A stretch of DNA of 64,000 nucleotides from Octopus sinensis (GCF_006345805.1 NC_043000.1:92380001-92444000), one strand, 5' to 3'. Shown: positions 40,751-52,859, counted from the first letter of the stretch. Numbers and translations are program-made. The notes: a model not told the origin generated them from the letters alone.

Positions 40751-41091
40751 GTGAAGGTGCAATGGCTCAGTGGTTAGGGCAGCAGACTCATGGTCATAGG
40801 ATCATGGTTTGAGTTTCCATACTGGGAATTAAGTGAAAACACCTAAAGCTCCATTAGGCTCTGGCAGGGGGTGGTGGCGTCTTCTGCTGTACTCTTTCAC
40901 CACAACTTTCTCTCACTCTTTCTTCCTGTTTCTGTTGTACCTGTATTTCAAAGGGCCAGCCTTGTCACACTCTGTGTCATGCTGAATCTCCCCAAGAACT
41001 AACATGTGTCTGTGGAGGGCTCAGCTACTTGCATGCTAATTTCATGAGCAGGCTATTCCATTGAATTGATCAACTGGAACCCTCAATGTTC
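40751..41091 (+). mobile_element. SINE family S2 (tail type a)
   Basis: Reverse complement of the 1055-1435 element. Confidence 0.75.
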
Positions 41092-41157
41092 AATAATACT
41101 TTGTTGGGTGCATAAATCTGTAATTCCATGCATGTATGATATTTTCGAAATATTTTA

Positions 41158-41394
41158 AGGCAGCAAGCTGGCAGAAACGTTAGGATGCCAGACAAAATGT
41201 TTAGCGGTATTTCGTCTGCCACTACATTCTGAGTTCAAATTCTGCTGAGGTAGACTTAGCCTTTCATCCTTTCGGGGTCGATTGAATAAGTACCAGTTAC
41301 GTACTGGAGTCGATGTAATCAACTTAATCCCTTTGTCTGTCCTTGTTTGTCCCATCTATGTTTAGCCCCTTGTGGACAATAAAGAAATAAGAAA
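41158..41394 (+). mobile_element. SINE family S3 (Nin-like domain)
   Basis: GCAAGCTGGCAGAAACGTTAG..GAGTTCAAATTC..CCTTTCATCCTTTCGGGGTCGATTGAATAAGTACCAG..AATAAAGAAATAAGAAA. Confidence 0.8.
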
Positions 41395-41574
41395 TATTTT
41401 TGCAAAACTGTTGTATGTGGGACTTACTACACTTTTGAAAAATACTAAACTGTTGTACTACACTGATAATTTTCCTATCTTGGTATCTGAAGCAGCTAGG
41501 GATAGTAAAATTAAATATTGGAAAAAACACATTTAGCCAAATTTGGACATACAACAGTTTAACAGAATAGCCAT

Positions 41575-42213
41575 GATATATGGTTTTGAGTGGTGTCTTT
41601 GTGTCTGTGCATGTCCTCCCACCATTGTGTGACAACCAATGTTGGTATGTTTATGTCCCCGTAACTTAGCATTTCAGCAATAGAGACTGATAGAATAAGA
41701 ACTAGGCTTACAAAGAATAAGTCCTGGGGTCGATTTCTTTGACTGAAAATCCCATTAAGGTGGTGCTCCAGCATGGCTGCAGTCAAATGATAGAAACAAG
41801 TAAAAGAATAAAGAAATAAAAAAGAAAACTTTGGATAGGAGTGGCTATGTGGTAAGTAGCTTGCTTATGAATCACATGGTTCTGGATTCATTCCCACTGC
41901 GTGGCACCTTGGGCAAGTGTCTTCTATTATAGCCTCAGGCCAATCAAAGCCTTGTGAGTGGATTTGGTAGACAGAAACTGAAAGAAGCCCATCATATATA
42001 TGTATGTGTGTGTATATGATTGTCCCCCAACATCACTTGACAACCGATAGTGGTGTGTTTACGTCCCCGTAACTTAGTGGTTCGGGAAAAGAGACCAATA
42101 GAATAAGTACTAGGCTTTCAAAGAATAAGTCCTGGGGTCAATTAGCTCAACTAAAGGCGGTGCTCCAGCATGGCCACAGTCAAATGACTGAAACAAGTAA
42201 AGGAGTAAAAGAG
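41575..42213 (+). mobile_element. Tandem S1 SINEs: a 3' half (41575-41825) then a full copy (41838-42213)
   Basis: Two successive ..GGTGCTCCAGCATGGC..CAGTCAAATGA..GAAACAAGTAAA tails. Confidence 0.85.
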
Positions 42214-42339
42214 TGAGGAGAGAGTATAGCTAAAAACAAAATCTTAAAGTAAGATCATATACACACATAAGCATAGATTGTATCTATACAAATACTTATA
42301 CGTGTGCATATGTACATATATATATATGCATGGAGATAT

Positions 42340-42381
<42 letters not shown>

Positions 42382-42549
42382 GCATACAGATATAAGGATT
42401 TTTTAGAATATATTTATAGTTCTTTGTATGGGTAAGATATCTAAGTATTCACCCCATTTTTACAAGTCCCAAGTAATTAAGCAGAATAAAGCATAAAAAA
42501 GTTTAACAATATTCATTTCAAATTTAAATATATATGAGTATATATGAGC

Positions 42550-42587
<38 letters not shown>

Positions 42588-43483
42588 TTGTATGTATATA
42601 TGTATGTATATTTATATATTAGCACGTATGCCAGCATGCAAAACGGGCTTTGAATGATGTTGTGTGAATCTGCTTGCAATATTGTTTTCATTTTATCATT
42701 TAAATTGCAGGGGAAAAAATGATCTGTAACATTAATTAAAATTTTTGATGTACAAATTCAAAAGAATAATGTAAAAATTATTACAATAAGAACGTGGAAA
42801 AAATTTCACTTGAAAAAATTTTGAAAAAAAGGAAAACATTTGTCAAATCACAAGGTCTGTGTGATATATTTAGCATAAAACATTTTTATCCAGTCAGATA
42901 TATGCCATCCTTTTCTCTCTGAAGTATGGGAATAAAATTACTGGCTGATAGTCTCATTTATTTTCTTTTATTTTAATTATTTATTCATTTTAAAAAATTG
43001 TCAGATCACAAGGTATATGCTGTTATATATTTAGTATAAAGTATTTTTATCTAATCAGATATCACTTATGTTTTCTTTTTTTCTGTTATGATGGAAGAAA
43101 TTATTTACTGCTAGTCTCATTTTTTAAACTCTATTCCATTATTTTCATTTATTAATTTAATTTATCATTATTATATATTGTTGGCGATGTCTGCTTGTGC
43201 AATCTATTGTCTAATGAATAAATGACAAACTTTATGCTGCTGTCATCATTATATCACAATTATTGTTATAAACCAATGTCAACCATAAAATGGGCTTTAT
43301 GATTTTTACCTATTCCATATATCCATTCTTTGTCTTTAATAAGTGTTGCCAAATTCTTTAATGAGTCTTTGATCTAACTAATTAAACTATAATTGATCCA
43401 TTTCTTTTAAAAAAATTATAAAATATATATTTAAATGTTTTTCATACAAAATAGCATCTTAATTATATTATTGATGTGTATGT

Positions 43484-43525
<42 letters not shown>

Positions 43526-43653
43526 ATGCATGTATATCTCTCCATCTTTTGATCCAGCTAGCTGTACACTACTCCACACATCCTTTTATTTCTGTCACTT
43601 TGTATCCACCCACATATAGATATACATATATATATAAGTATATATATATATAA

Positions 43654-43696
<43 letters not shown>

Positions 43697-43766
43697 GTGT
43701 GTGTGTGGTGTGTGTGTGTGTATATATGTGTGTGTGTGTATGTATACTTATATATATATATGTATG

Positions 43767-43800
<34 letters not shown>

Positions 43801-44227
43801 GTTATGTATGTGGAGACAAATGAGATATGTATTTCTTTATCTTTGTTCATCCATCTATTTATACACACACACTCCTGCTCTTTCCACACATATTCAGGAA
43901 ACCGTTTATTTGTATATTTGATCTGAGAAGGACAATTATTTTACAATGTACTTCCATACTAAATAGCTAATGTTTCTGTGAGCTGAAAACAAAGCAAATT
44001 CATATACGTTTTGTGCCTTTCAAATGACAGATATTTATAGATAAATGTCTGTTGAAAACACAGCAGGCATGGCTGTGGGGTAAGAAACTTGCCTCCCAAC
44101 CACATGTTTCTTGGTTTACTTCCAGTGTGCGGCATCTTGGAGAAATGTCTTTTATTATAGTCTCAGACTGACCAAAACCTTATAGGTAGGTAGGTAGGGA
44201 AGAAGGAAACTGAAAAATGATCTGCTG

Positions 44228-44535
44228 AGACCCCCTTCGGTCATGACTGACCATGAGATTGCAGCTAGAAAGTTACCCTCCTAGGCACAAGTCCGGGCAA
44301 AGTTGCATATGGAAGACCAGCAGTTGCCTATGCATACTGGCCTCGCCTCTCCATGCCACCAGTGTTATCCAAGGGAAAGGCAAAGGGGCTGATACAGCTT
44401 GGCACCTGTGACGTCACAACTCATTCCTACAGCTGAGTGAACTGGAGCAATGTGAAATAAAGTGTCTTGCTCAAGAACACAACATGCAGCCCGGTTTGGG
44501 ATTCGATGCTCTAACCACTGAGCCATGCGCCTTCA
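44228..44535 (-). mobile_element. SINE family S4
   Basis: Inverted homologue of 31365-31692. Confidence 0.7.
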
Positions 44536-44677
44536 CTTGAAAGATGATCATCATACATGTATATGTTAGTGTCTTAGTGTTCGTGCTTGTCCTTAACATA
44601 TATATATATACATATAAATATGTAGTATGTTTTCTATTGAGGGCTTGAGGTAACGGTCAACAATAAGTGGGTTACAG

Positions 44678-44717
44678 TTTATATTAATACCTGTGATATC
44701 ACAGGTATTAATATAAA
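44678..44717. repeat. Perfect loopless 40-bp palindrome
   Basis: TTTATATTAATACCTGTGAT|ATCACAGGTATTAATATAAA. Confidence 0.95.
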
Positions 44718-44922
44718 TTCTAACCAATAGCCCAAGGCTATTGTTGAAGATACTTGCCCAAGGTGCCACGCAGTAGGACTGAACTTGGAACCATGTAGTT
44801 AGGAAGTAAACTTCTTACCACACAGCTAATGCCAGTGAGAATCCTTTCTCACTGCCCATGTATATATGTTTATATTCATATAGGTAATAATCCATGATAA
44901 CTCAATCTAAATATTAAATATT

Positions 44923-45298
44923 AAACAAGAGCACTAAGAGAGCACAAACCTCTTAAGGCAACACCAACGTCCTCTCAACGATTAGCCAGAGATAAGTTTT
45001 AAAATGAGAATATCTGAAATAAACTCGACTGCTTTCACAAACGAGACTAGTAAAAATGGCCCTGATTGTTTTCAAAAATTAATTAAATAAACAGAAAAAA
45101 TAATCCAGAATCCTTGTCCGGTATCAGATCAATCCTAAAATCTAATCGGTTCATACAAGTCACGAGGCCAAACATCCCTGAAAGTTTAATCCAAATCCAT
45201 CCAGCAGTTCTTGAGATATCTTGTCCATGGTCAAGCAAAAAACAAACAAATATAACTGAAAAACAATACCTCCGCATTCACTAATATGGAGGTAATAA
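44923..45298. mobile_element. Non-autonomous Helentron/HINE-like element (tentative)
   Basis: Starts AAACAAGAGCAC, has an (AAAC)n-rich subterminal tract, and ends with hairpin TACCTCC..GGAGGTA plus ATAA. Confidence 0.45.
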
Positions 45299-45300
45299 TA

Positions 45301-45713
45301 TTACTCTTTTACTCTTTCTCTTTTACTTGTTTCAGTCATTTGACTGCGGCCATGCTGGAGCACCGCCTTTAGTCGAGCAAATCGACCCCAGGACTTATTC
45401 TTTGTAAGCCCAGTGCTTATTCTATCAGACTCGTTTGCTGAACCACTAAGTGATGGCGACGTAAACACACCAGCATCGGTTGTCAAGCAATGCTAGGGGA
45501 ACAAACACAGACACACAAACATACACACACATATATATATTTATATACATATATACGACGGGCTTCTTTCAGTTTCCGCCTACCAAATCCACTCACAAGG
45601 CTTTGGTCGGCCCGAGGCTATAGTAGAAAACACTTCCCCAAGGTGCCATGCAGTGGGACTGAACCCAGAACCATGTGGTTGGTAAACAAGCTACTTACCA
45701 CACAGCCACTCCT
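45301..45713 (-). mobile_element. SINE family S1 (full length)
   Basis: Collinear with the other S1 copies. Confidence 0.9.
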
Positions 45714-45927
45714 ATGCTTATATGCACTTTTAACTTTTTATTTTTTTATTTTAGTCGTTGGTCTGCTGCCATGCTGTAGCACTGACTTGTAAAGTTAGTT
45801 GAACAAATCAGGCCCAGAACTTACTGTAAGTTTGGTGCTTATTCTATTTCTGTTTTGGTGAACAGCTAAGTTACAGGGATGAAAACAAACCAGGACAAAC
45901 ATAAATGCAAGACATCTACACACACAC

Positions 45928-45970
<43 letters not shown>

Positions 45971-46103
45971 CATACACATACATGTACCTATGCATTAATG
46001 TATATGCATGTGTTTATATATTTATGCATATAAATACATGTATATATACATATATATTTGTTGTGCAAGATTTTTTATGTGAAGTCGTGTGTTGAAACAG
46101 ACA

Positions 46104-46382
46104 TTGTTGTATTTTGGAATGGTCATTTTGCCAGTTTAGCCAATAAAAACACACACACTATATATTTGGTGTTACTTTGCTTCAGGAGAGACACACAAAT
46201 AAGAAAGAAGAAAGCAAAGGATCACTGATGCGGTCACAGGAGTGTGACGAAAGAACTCAGGCTGAAATAAGATTAAGATTAATGTAAAAAATAAATAACA
46301 CTGAAGCAAAGTAATACCAAATATATAGTGCGTGTGTTTTTATTGGCTAAGCTGGCAAAATGACCATTCCTAAATACAACAA
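46104..46382. repeat. Inverted repeat with 82-bp arms (46104-46185 / 46301-46382)
   Basis: TTGTTGTATTTTGGAATGGTCATTTTGCCAG..CTTTGCTTCAG versus its reverse complement, with a few mismatches. Confidence 0.85.
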
Positions 46383-46544
46383 TATATACATATATATATC
46401 TACATGCACATGTATTTATATGCATAAATATATAAACACATGCATATATCTTAATGCATGTGTACATATATGTGTATGAGCGTGTGTGTGTGTACAAGTG
46501 TGTGCATGCAGAGATGTCTTGTATTTGTGTTTGTCACATCACCA

Positions 46545-46920
46545 TTTGTTCTGGGTTCAGTCCCACTGCGTGGCACTAGGGTAAGTCTCTTCTACTATAG
46601 ACTCGGGCCAACCAAAGCCTCGTGAATGGATTTGGTAGATGGAAACTAAAAGAAGCCCATCATATATATGTATATATATATGTGTGTATGTGTATATGTT
46701 TGTGTGTCTGTGTTTGTCCCTTCGCCATCACTTGACAACTGACACTGGGGTGTTTAGGTCCCCGTCACTTAGCGGTTCGGCAAAAGAGATCGATAGAATA
46801 AGTACTAGGCTTACAAAGAATAAGTCCTGAGGTCCATTTGATTCAACTAAAGGCGGTGCTCCAGCATGGCCACAGTCAAATGACTGAAACAAGTAAAAGA
46901 ATAAAAGAATAAAAGAATAC
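46545..46920 (+). mobile_element. SINE family S1 (5' slightly truncated)
   Basis: GGTTCAGTCCCACTGCGTGGCAC.., microsatellite, then tail (TAAAAGAA)n. Confidence 0.85.
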
Positions 46921-47070
46921 ATACACACACATGCATATATATATATATATATATATAAACACACACATATACATATATATATATATATATACATATATAT
47001 ACACAGATACACATGTATATATATAAACACATACATATGCATATTATATACATATGCATACAAAATCATA

Positions 47071-47868
47071 TTAGGGTGTTTGGAAAGTAATTACATTTTT
47101 TCACCACTATGAAATATGAATCAACCAATCATATCAGAACCATGTTCGAATGGGTGTGAACTATCTAGAAATAGCATATCATCTCTTCTATCTGGCACAG
47201 TGCCACCCATAGTTATTTCATTAATTATCCCCATGGAGGATATGAAGCTTATGAAACAACATTTTCACCATAACTTACTGTATGAATTTCGAAAAAAAAG
47301 TTCCACTAACAGAAGCAATGAAAAACATTTGTGAAGTGTGTCCAGATGCAGTGAAAGTTCATGTTTTTCAGCTGTGGTTTAAGAGGTTTAAAGATGGTGA
47401 CTGGGACATCCGGTAAGCCTCACTCTGGAAGATGACCCACTCTTAATGATGACCTTTTGAATGAATCTATTGTATTGGATCCACGTCAAAGCACCTGGGA
47501 TTTGGTACAAAAATTTAATGTGTCATGTTTACCAATCCATGAACATCTCAAGAAATTGGAAAAACATACAAAGAGGGAATTTGGGTTCGACATGAGATCT
47601 TGCTTGAGAGCTGGACACAATGTTCCACCATCTGCAGCAGTCTCTCCTAACAAAGAATAACAACCTGTCATTTCTGAAGCACATTTTTACAGGTGAAGGA
47701 AAATGGGTCTTGCATCACAATATAAACGGTGCATCATGGTGCTGTTTTTCTCCCAGACAGTGCCCAACTGACCCTACTATACTGTGTAGTCGACAAAATG
47801 GAAAACAAACAATGTGCATGTGTGAAATTAAAAGTATAAAATGGTGACAATTTGGCCATCACACCCTG
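47071..47868 (+). mobile_element. mariner (Mos1-like) transposase pseudogene, internally deleted
   Basis: With frameshifts: MKQHFHHNLLYEFRK..TEAMKNICEVCPDAVKV..QLWFKRFKDGDWDI..PHSGR.PT..DPRQSTWDLVQKFNVS..IHEHLKKL..FLKHIFTGEGKWVLHHN. The right end is CACCCTG|TA. Confidence 0.8.
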
Positions 47869-47886
47869 TATACATACATACATACA

Positions 47887-47922
<36 letters not shown>

Positions 47923-47938
47923 TATGTATATGTATATG

Positions 47939-47992
<54 letters not shown>

Positions 47993-48541
47993 AACACACA
48001 TATACACACACTCACACACACCTATATATAAATAATAAAATATTTTAAAGGATTTATTTAGATAAATACCGTACATGTTTCTTTAATAGCTGTTTAAAAA
48101 TTATTTTAAAAACATGAATATTGAAAGATATTGGTATAAGCTTAAAGAAATATAAGTACAAACTGAGAAAAACATCGACTGAAGCTGAAAGAAATATTGA
48201 TACAAATTCAAAGAAATTTCAGAATACATTCAAAGAAATATCAGTACATGTTTAACATATTTAATCCCTCTGCTAAGCAATACATTTTAAAGAAATTAAA
48301 GATCATAAATAAAAAATAAACCAAAAAGTTTAAAGACATATTTTGTATGCTTCATCAGTTTCCAATACCAAATTACTTTAAACATCTCGTTTGTCTTTAA
48401 TGGAATTTTGAAATATTTATATGTTACCTCTGGATCTCCTCATCATAGTATAAACAGATATTTGTTTCCTTTGCTACAGTCATCAATAACATAATAAATG
48501 TCTGTGATTTTTGAAGTGTAATGAAAGTTTGATTCCATTAG

Positions 48542-48583
48542 CTGAAACCTGTGATGATGTCAGGATTCCCCAGGAGAAATTTT
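48542..48583 (+). other. Candidate 42-nt exon (phase 1-1, ETCDDVRIPQEKF)
   Basis: Acceptor ttgattccattag| and donor TTT|gtaaga. Phase-compatible with 38300-38360. Confidence 0.2.
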
Positions 48584-49254
48584 GTAAGATTTGAAAATCA
48601 AGATGCGAAGTTCTATATGAGTATTCTCTTCATTGCTCAAGGCAAGATGACATGGTTAATATGAAGGTCTGTATGAAAGTTTATATGTGTGTGTGTGTTT
48701 GAGGTTTTGTGTGTTTGAGTTTGTATGTGTGAGCTTGTATGTGTATGTGCATGTGTGTGTGTGTGTGTGTGTGTGTGTTTGAACATATATGATTAAAAAA
48801 GAAATGTAGTAAAAGCTCAATCAGCTTTGTAAGAAGATTTCTAGTAATATGTTACATATCATTAAAGCATATACATATATACATACATTTATATACGTGT
48901 GGGTGTAAGTATGTTTTTATGTATATGTATATATATATATATATATATTTTTATGTATAAATACATGTATATATGATGAGATATATACATACATTGAGTT
49001 ATACATACATACACACACATATATCTGTATATACTAATATATATATACACATGTAGTTACAGGCATAGCTGTGTAGTTAAAATGTTTGCTTTCAACCTAT
49101 GTCATTTTGGGTTCAACCCCACTGTGTGGTATATTGTGTGAGTGCTTTCTACAAACCAACCAAAACTTCGTGAGTGGATGCTTTAAATGTGTGCATATAT
49201 ATGTATATATACATACATTATATATATAATGTAAGTATATATTATATATATAAT

Positions 49255-49470
49255 TGAAATTTATAGAAAAACAAAAGGGTTATGCTTGTTGTTCATACAC
49301 CTGTCTTAGTCTTTTGTGACAGGTGTATGAACAACAAGCAGGTGTATAAGTTTGACCCACGAGAAAATGAAAAAGTATTTTATGTTTTGAGCCTACGCTC
49401 TTCAACAGAAAGGAATAAGAGAAAATAAACACAGAGAGAATGAAAAAAGTTGTGGTCCAGTATGGTGAAT
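49255..49470 (-). mobile_element. Family H-B repeat with a decayed hammerhead (49377-49412) and an internal 23-bp inversion
   Basis: CTTT-CTGTTGA-A-GAGC GTAG GCTC-AAA-ACAT-A. 49283-49305 and 49318-49340 are inverted copies. Confidence 0.65.
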
Positions 49471-49543
49471 ATATATATATATCGGTATTATGTATATGTG
49501 TGTGTGTGTGTATATATATATATGTATATATATATGTATGTAT

Positions 49544-49956
49544 AATTTAAAGGACTGACCACTAAAAGCGGATGGTCAATATGCTAGATATAGACGTCAA
49601 AATCGCTATTTTCCACGAAGAATGTGTCCTCAAGAGAAAACTCAGCACAAAACTGCGGGACTCCAGTCAAGCGTTTTTGTATCTAGTTCTGGAAATTATG
49701 TTTGTAAACGACAGACTATGCTGATGATCTTGCAGATTTTCGCGTATGCATATATGTGAATATTAACAAGTGTAACTGATCGGTACATAGGTAATCGTTT
49801 TTGATTTCGTATATTTTCATTTGTTTTGCTTATTTTTTACGCTTTGGTTTTGTGCTGAGTTTTCTCTTGAGGACACATTCTTCGTGGAAAATAGCGATTT
49901 TGACGTCTATATCTAGCATATTGACCGTCCACTTTTAGTGGTCAGTCCTTTAAATT
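49544..49956. mobile_element. Young fold-back element with 110-bp inverted arms
   Basis: 49544-49653 and 49847-49956 are reverse complements with 2 mismatches, both at CpG sites. Confidence 0.8.
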
Positions 49957-50111
49957 TTGTATGTAAAAATTATTTTAATCTTCGGGTTTTTTTAATATGC
50001 TAGGCCACTGGTTTTAATTGATTAATATCAATTTCTACCCTGATTCAATTATATATATATACATATATATATATATATAAATAGGTATATGCATGTTTAT
50101 GTATATACATG

Positions 50112-50142
<31 letters not shown>

Positions 50143-50192
50143 TATGTGTGTATATATATAATTATATGTATATTTATATATATATATATATG

Positions 50193-50242
<50 letters not shown>

Positions 50243-50243
<1 letters not shown>

Positions 50244-50600
50244 CATAGTTTTGGTCTCTGAGGACAACCCCAACAAAATTAAATTTATGTCTAATAATTC
50301 TAAGATTAAGAATTCTATATACCAATGTAAAATTTCTTGCTACTTCTACACTGGCACACCCTCTTCCCAGTTATCTAAGAGAATTTCCAATCATTATTCT
50401 TCATTTAGGGATAGCAGTAAACGTTATAGCACAGGGTAAATTGGTTTGGTATCTTAAAGACAACAATAAGGATTTTAAGTTAGATTGGTTCATCCTGTCC
50501 ATATCTTTCCCTATGATAAGGGAAAAGGATTCTGTAACATTTGCAATTCTAAACTCTTCCATATTCTCTTCTCTAAGAATCACCTTGTTAACACAATTAT
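50243..50600 (+). mobile_element. Penelope-like element GIY-YIG endonuclease remnant
   Basis: SIYQCKIS..FYTG..SQLSKRISNHYSSFRDSSKRYSTG, then after a frameshift LVWYLKDNNKDFKLDWFIL..PYDKGKGFCNICNSKLFHIL. This is the typical PLE endonuclease C-terminal pattern. Confidence 0.75.
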
Positions 50601-50916
50601 AGAACGATCTTACAAATGTAAGTACTGGCAGAAACATACCTTTAGCTCATATAAGTGATTTTTGCCAGTCTTTATAGTTTGAATATTTAGTTCAATTTGC
50701 ACTTTACTTCAATAGAGGAATCTACTTCCAAGCCTTTGAACATTTTTTCAACCAATATATCCCTCTTTATTTGTTCTGTATTTATTATTTCTTTACCCCT
50801 TCTCTTTCTATGGTCTACTAACGGTTATTTTTAAAAATACTTAATAGCGTTCTTTTTATCATTTATGCAGTCATCAAAATTGTTATAAAGTCTTGCTGTT
50901 GAGATGGGTTCTCTTT

Positions 50917-51038
50917 CTTTCCTGATGAGAACCCATCATTAATTTATACATTAATTTATACATTAATTTAAACATTAATTTATACTGTTTATTCCTTTGG
51001 AATAAAACCAATGTTGTTTTCGAAACATATGTCGAAAG
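50917..51038 (+). ncRNA. Type-I hammerhead motif with long stem II, family H-C
   Basis: Stem I CTTTC(50917-21)/GAAAG(51034-38); core CTGATGA(50922-28); GAAA(51022-25); palindromic stem III ACATATGT; GUC triplet (C51033). Stem II contains TTATTCC-TTT-GGAATAA. Confidence 0.7.
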
Positions 51039-51319
51039 TAAAAGAATTTGAATAGCATCTGCGTTCAACTCCATTTATTTACTTATACTATACAAATTAC
51101 TGCACATTAACCTGGAGTTTCTGCCTTTGAATAGGTTGCTATATCCTTGTTACTTGCATGAATTTTGCTACCCTGGTAATTATTTATTGACTTGTCCATG
51201 TTAACGGTAAACAAAGGATAATTCATTCATCCATTTATACATATATATATATATATTCACATGTATGTATACATATATTCAGCTGTTCCACGGGCAAAGC
51301 AGCTACCTAAGGTAGGAGT

Positions 51320-51630
51320 AATTATAGAAGTATCAAATTGTGGAAACATGAAAAATATGGAAACAAATACAGTCCAATGAATTAGGAACAGAATGAAACT
51401 AGATGAAATGCAGTTTAATTTTGTATCAAGTACTGCAGTTTTGTGCCAAGGAGAAGTACTTCCTAGTAAGACAACTACAGGAGAATCATCTGGCTAAAAG
51501 TAAGCCATTGGACATGTCATTCAGTACCTGAAAAAGTCTTTGAGAGAGTTTCTCACCCTATGATCTGGTGTTCTTTGAGGAAGCTAAGAGCAAATGAATG
51601 CTTTGTTAGAGGCTCACAATCCATGTACAC
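51320..51630 (+). mobile_element. RTE-clade LINE reverse transcriptase fragment
   Basis: With frameshifts: NYRSIKL..IRNRMKLDEMQFNFV..LVRQLQENHLAKSKPLDM..LKKSLRE(LEKAFDR)V.HPMIWCSLRKL. Confidence 0.7.
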
Positions 51631-51760
51631 ATATTTTCAGTTGGGTGAGAATCCCCAAAATTTCGGGCCCTGTGCCTAAAGTAGAAAAGAATATTCCATG
51701 AGAACAGGTCCAGCTCTGAGGAAATATTAGCTTGCTTGAAAACAGGTGAATATTGGCAAT

Positions 51761-52068
51761 AAACCTTGTTTGTTCCTTCTCAAGCCATGCCTGGCTCATA
51801 AGGGCCGGTTTCCCAGTTTCCTTGGTGTATAGGTTCCCCACCTGGACAGGTTGCCAGTCTATTGCAGGTGAGCTGCAAAATGCAGGGGGAAAGAGAGAGA
51901 GAAAGTTGTGGCGAAAGAGTCAGCAGAAGTTCGCCATTACCTTCTGCCAGAGCCGCGTGGAGCTTAGGTGTTTTGCTCATAAACACACACATCACCAGGT
52001 CTGAAATTCAAACTCACAATCCCTTGACCATGAGTTCGCTGCCCTAACCACTAGACTATGTGCCTCCA
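51761..52068 (-). mobile_element. SINE family S2 (tail type b)
   Basis: Head as in the other S2 copies; tail CTGCAATAGACTGGCAACCTGTCCAGG..GAAACCGGCCC as at 34590-34670. Confidence 0.7.
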
Positions 52069-52765
52069 CCTGAATATTGGCAATAGGAAGGGCATCTGAT
52101 CTGGCTGTAGAAAACCTGCCTTTATAAACTCCATCCAACCCATGCAAGTATTGCAAAGCAGACATTAGAACGATGATGATGACTGATAATAAAGTAGGTT
52201 TTTGTAACAAAATGCTGTGTTTATCATACCATTGATGCGATCCTTTCAAAATGTATCTCCGTTGGAAACTGAAAATGATGAGCATGACTCATTGAAGACA
52301 ATGTCAATAAACTTTGGCAAAATATTTTAAGATGAAATAAAGGAACGTAAAATAAAAAATTAACCAAGCAAACCATATGTCAACCAGGTTCTCTCTTTTG
52401 GATCCAACCTATTTCCATCACTCCTCAGTGCTGATACTCACACGTATACACATACACATACATAGATGCATATACATGCATGCATAAACATATGAATGTG
52501 TATGCGTATGCGGCTTTTTGAATCCACCCTGTCACACTCCGTGCTACCACTTTTGCATACACCATTGATGTTCTGTATGGGACTTGTTGATTCTGTTTGG
52601 CTTGGTTCCAAGGCAGGAACTAAAGTAAACTGTTAGTTATTTCTTTTTGTTATAAATACATATAGATACACACACACACATATACTTATATACAGCCATA
52701 CATTCATACGTACATATAAATACATATGCATATATATACACATATACACATGTTTTATTTCAGAA

Positions 52766-52859
<94 letters not shown>

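Noticed and set aside
49861-49905. TTGAGGA-CAC..GTG-GAAA as a hammerhead core in the 110-bp arm
   Set aside because: No stem I pairing longer than 2 bp and no convincing cleavage triplet.
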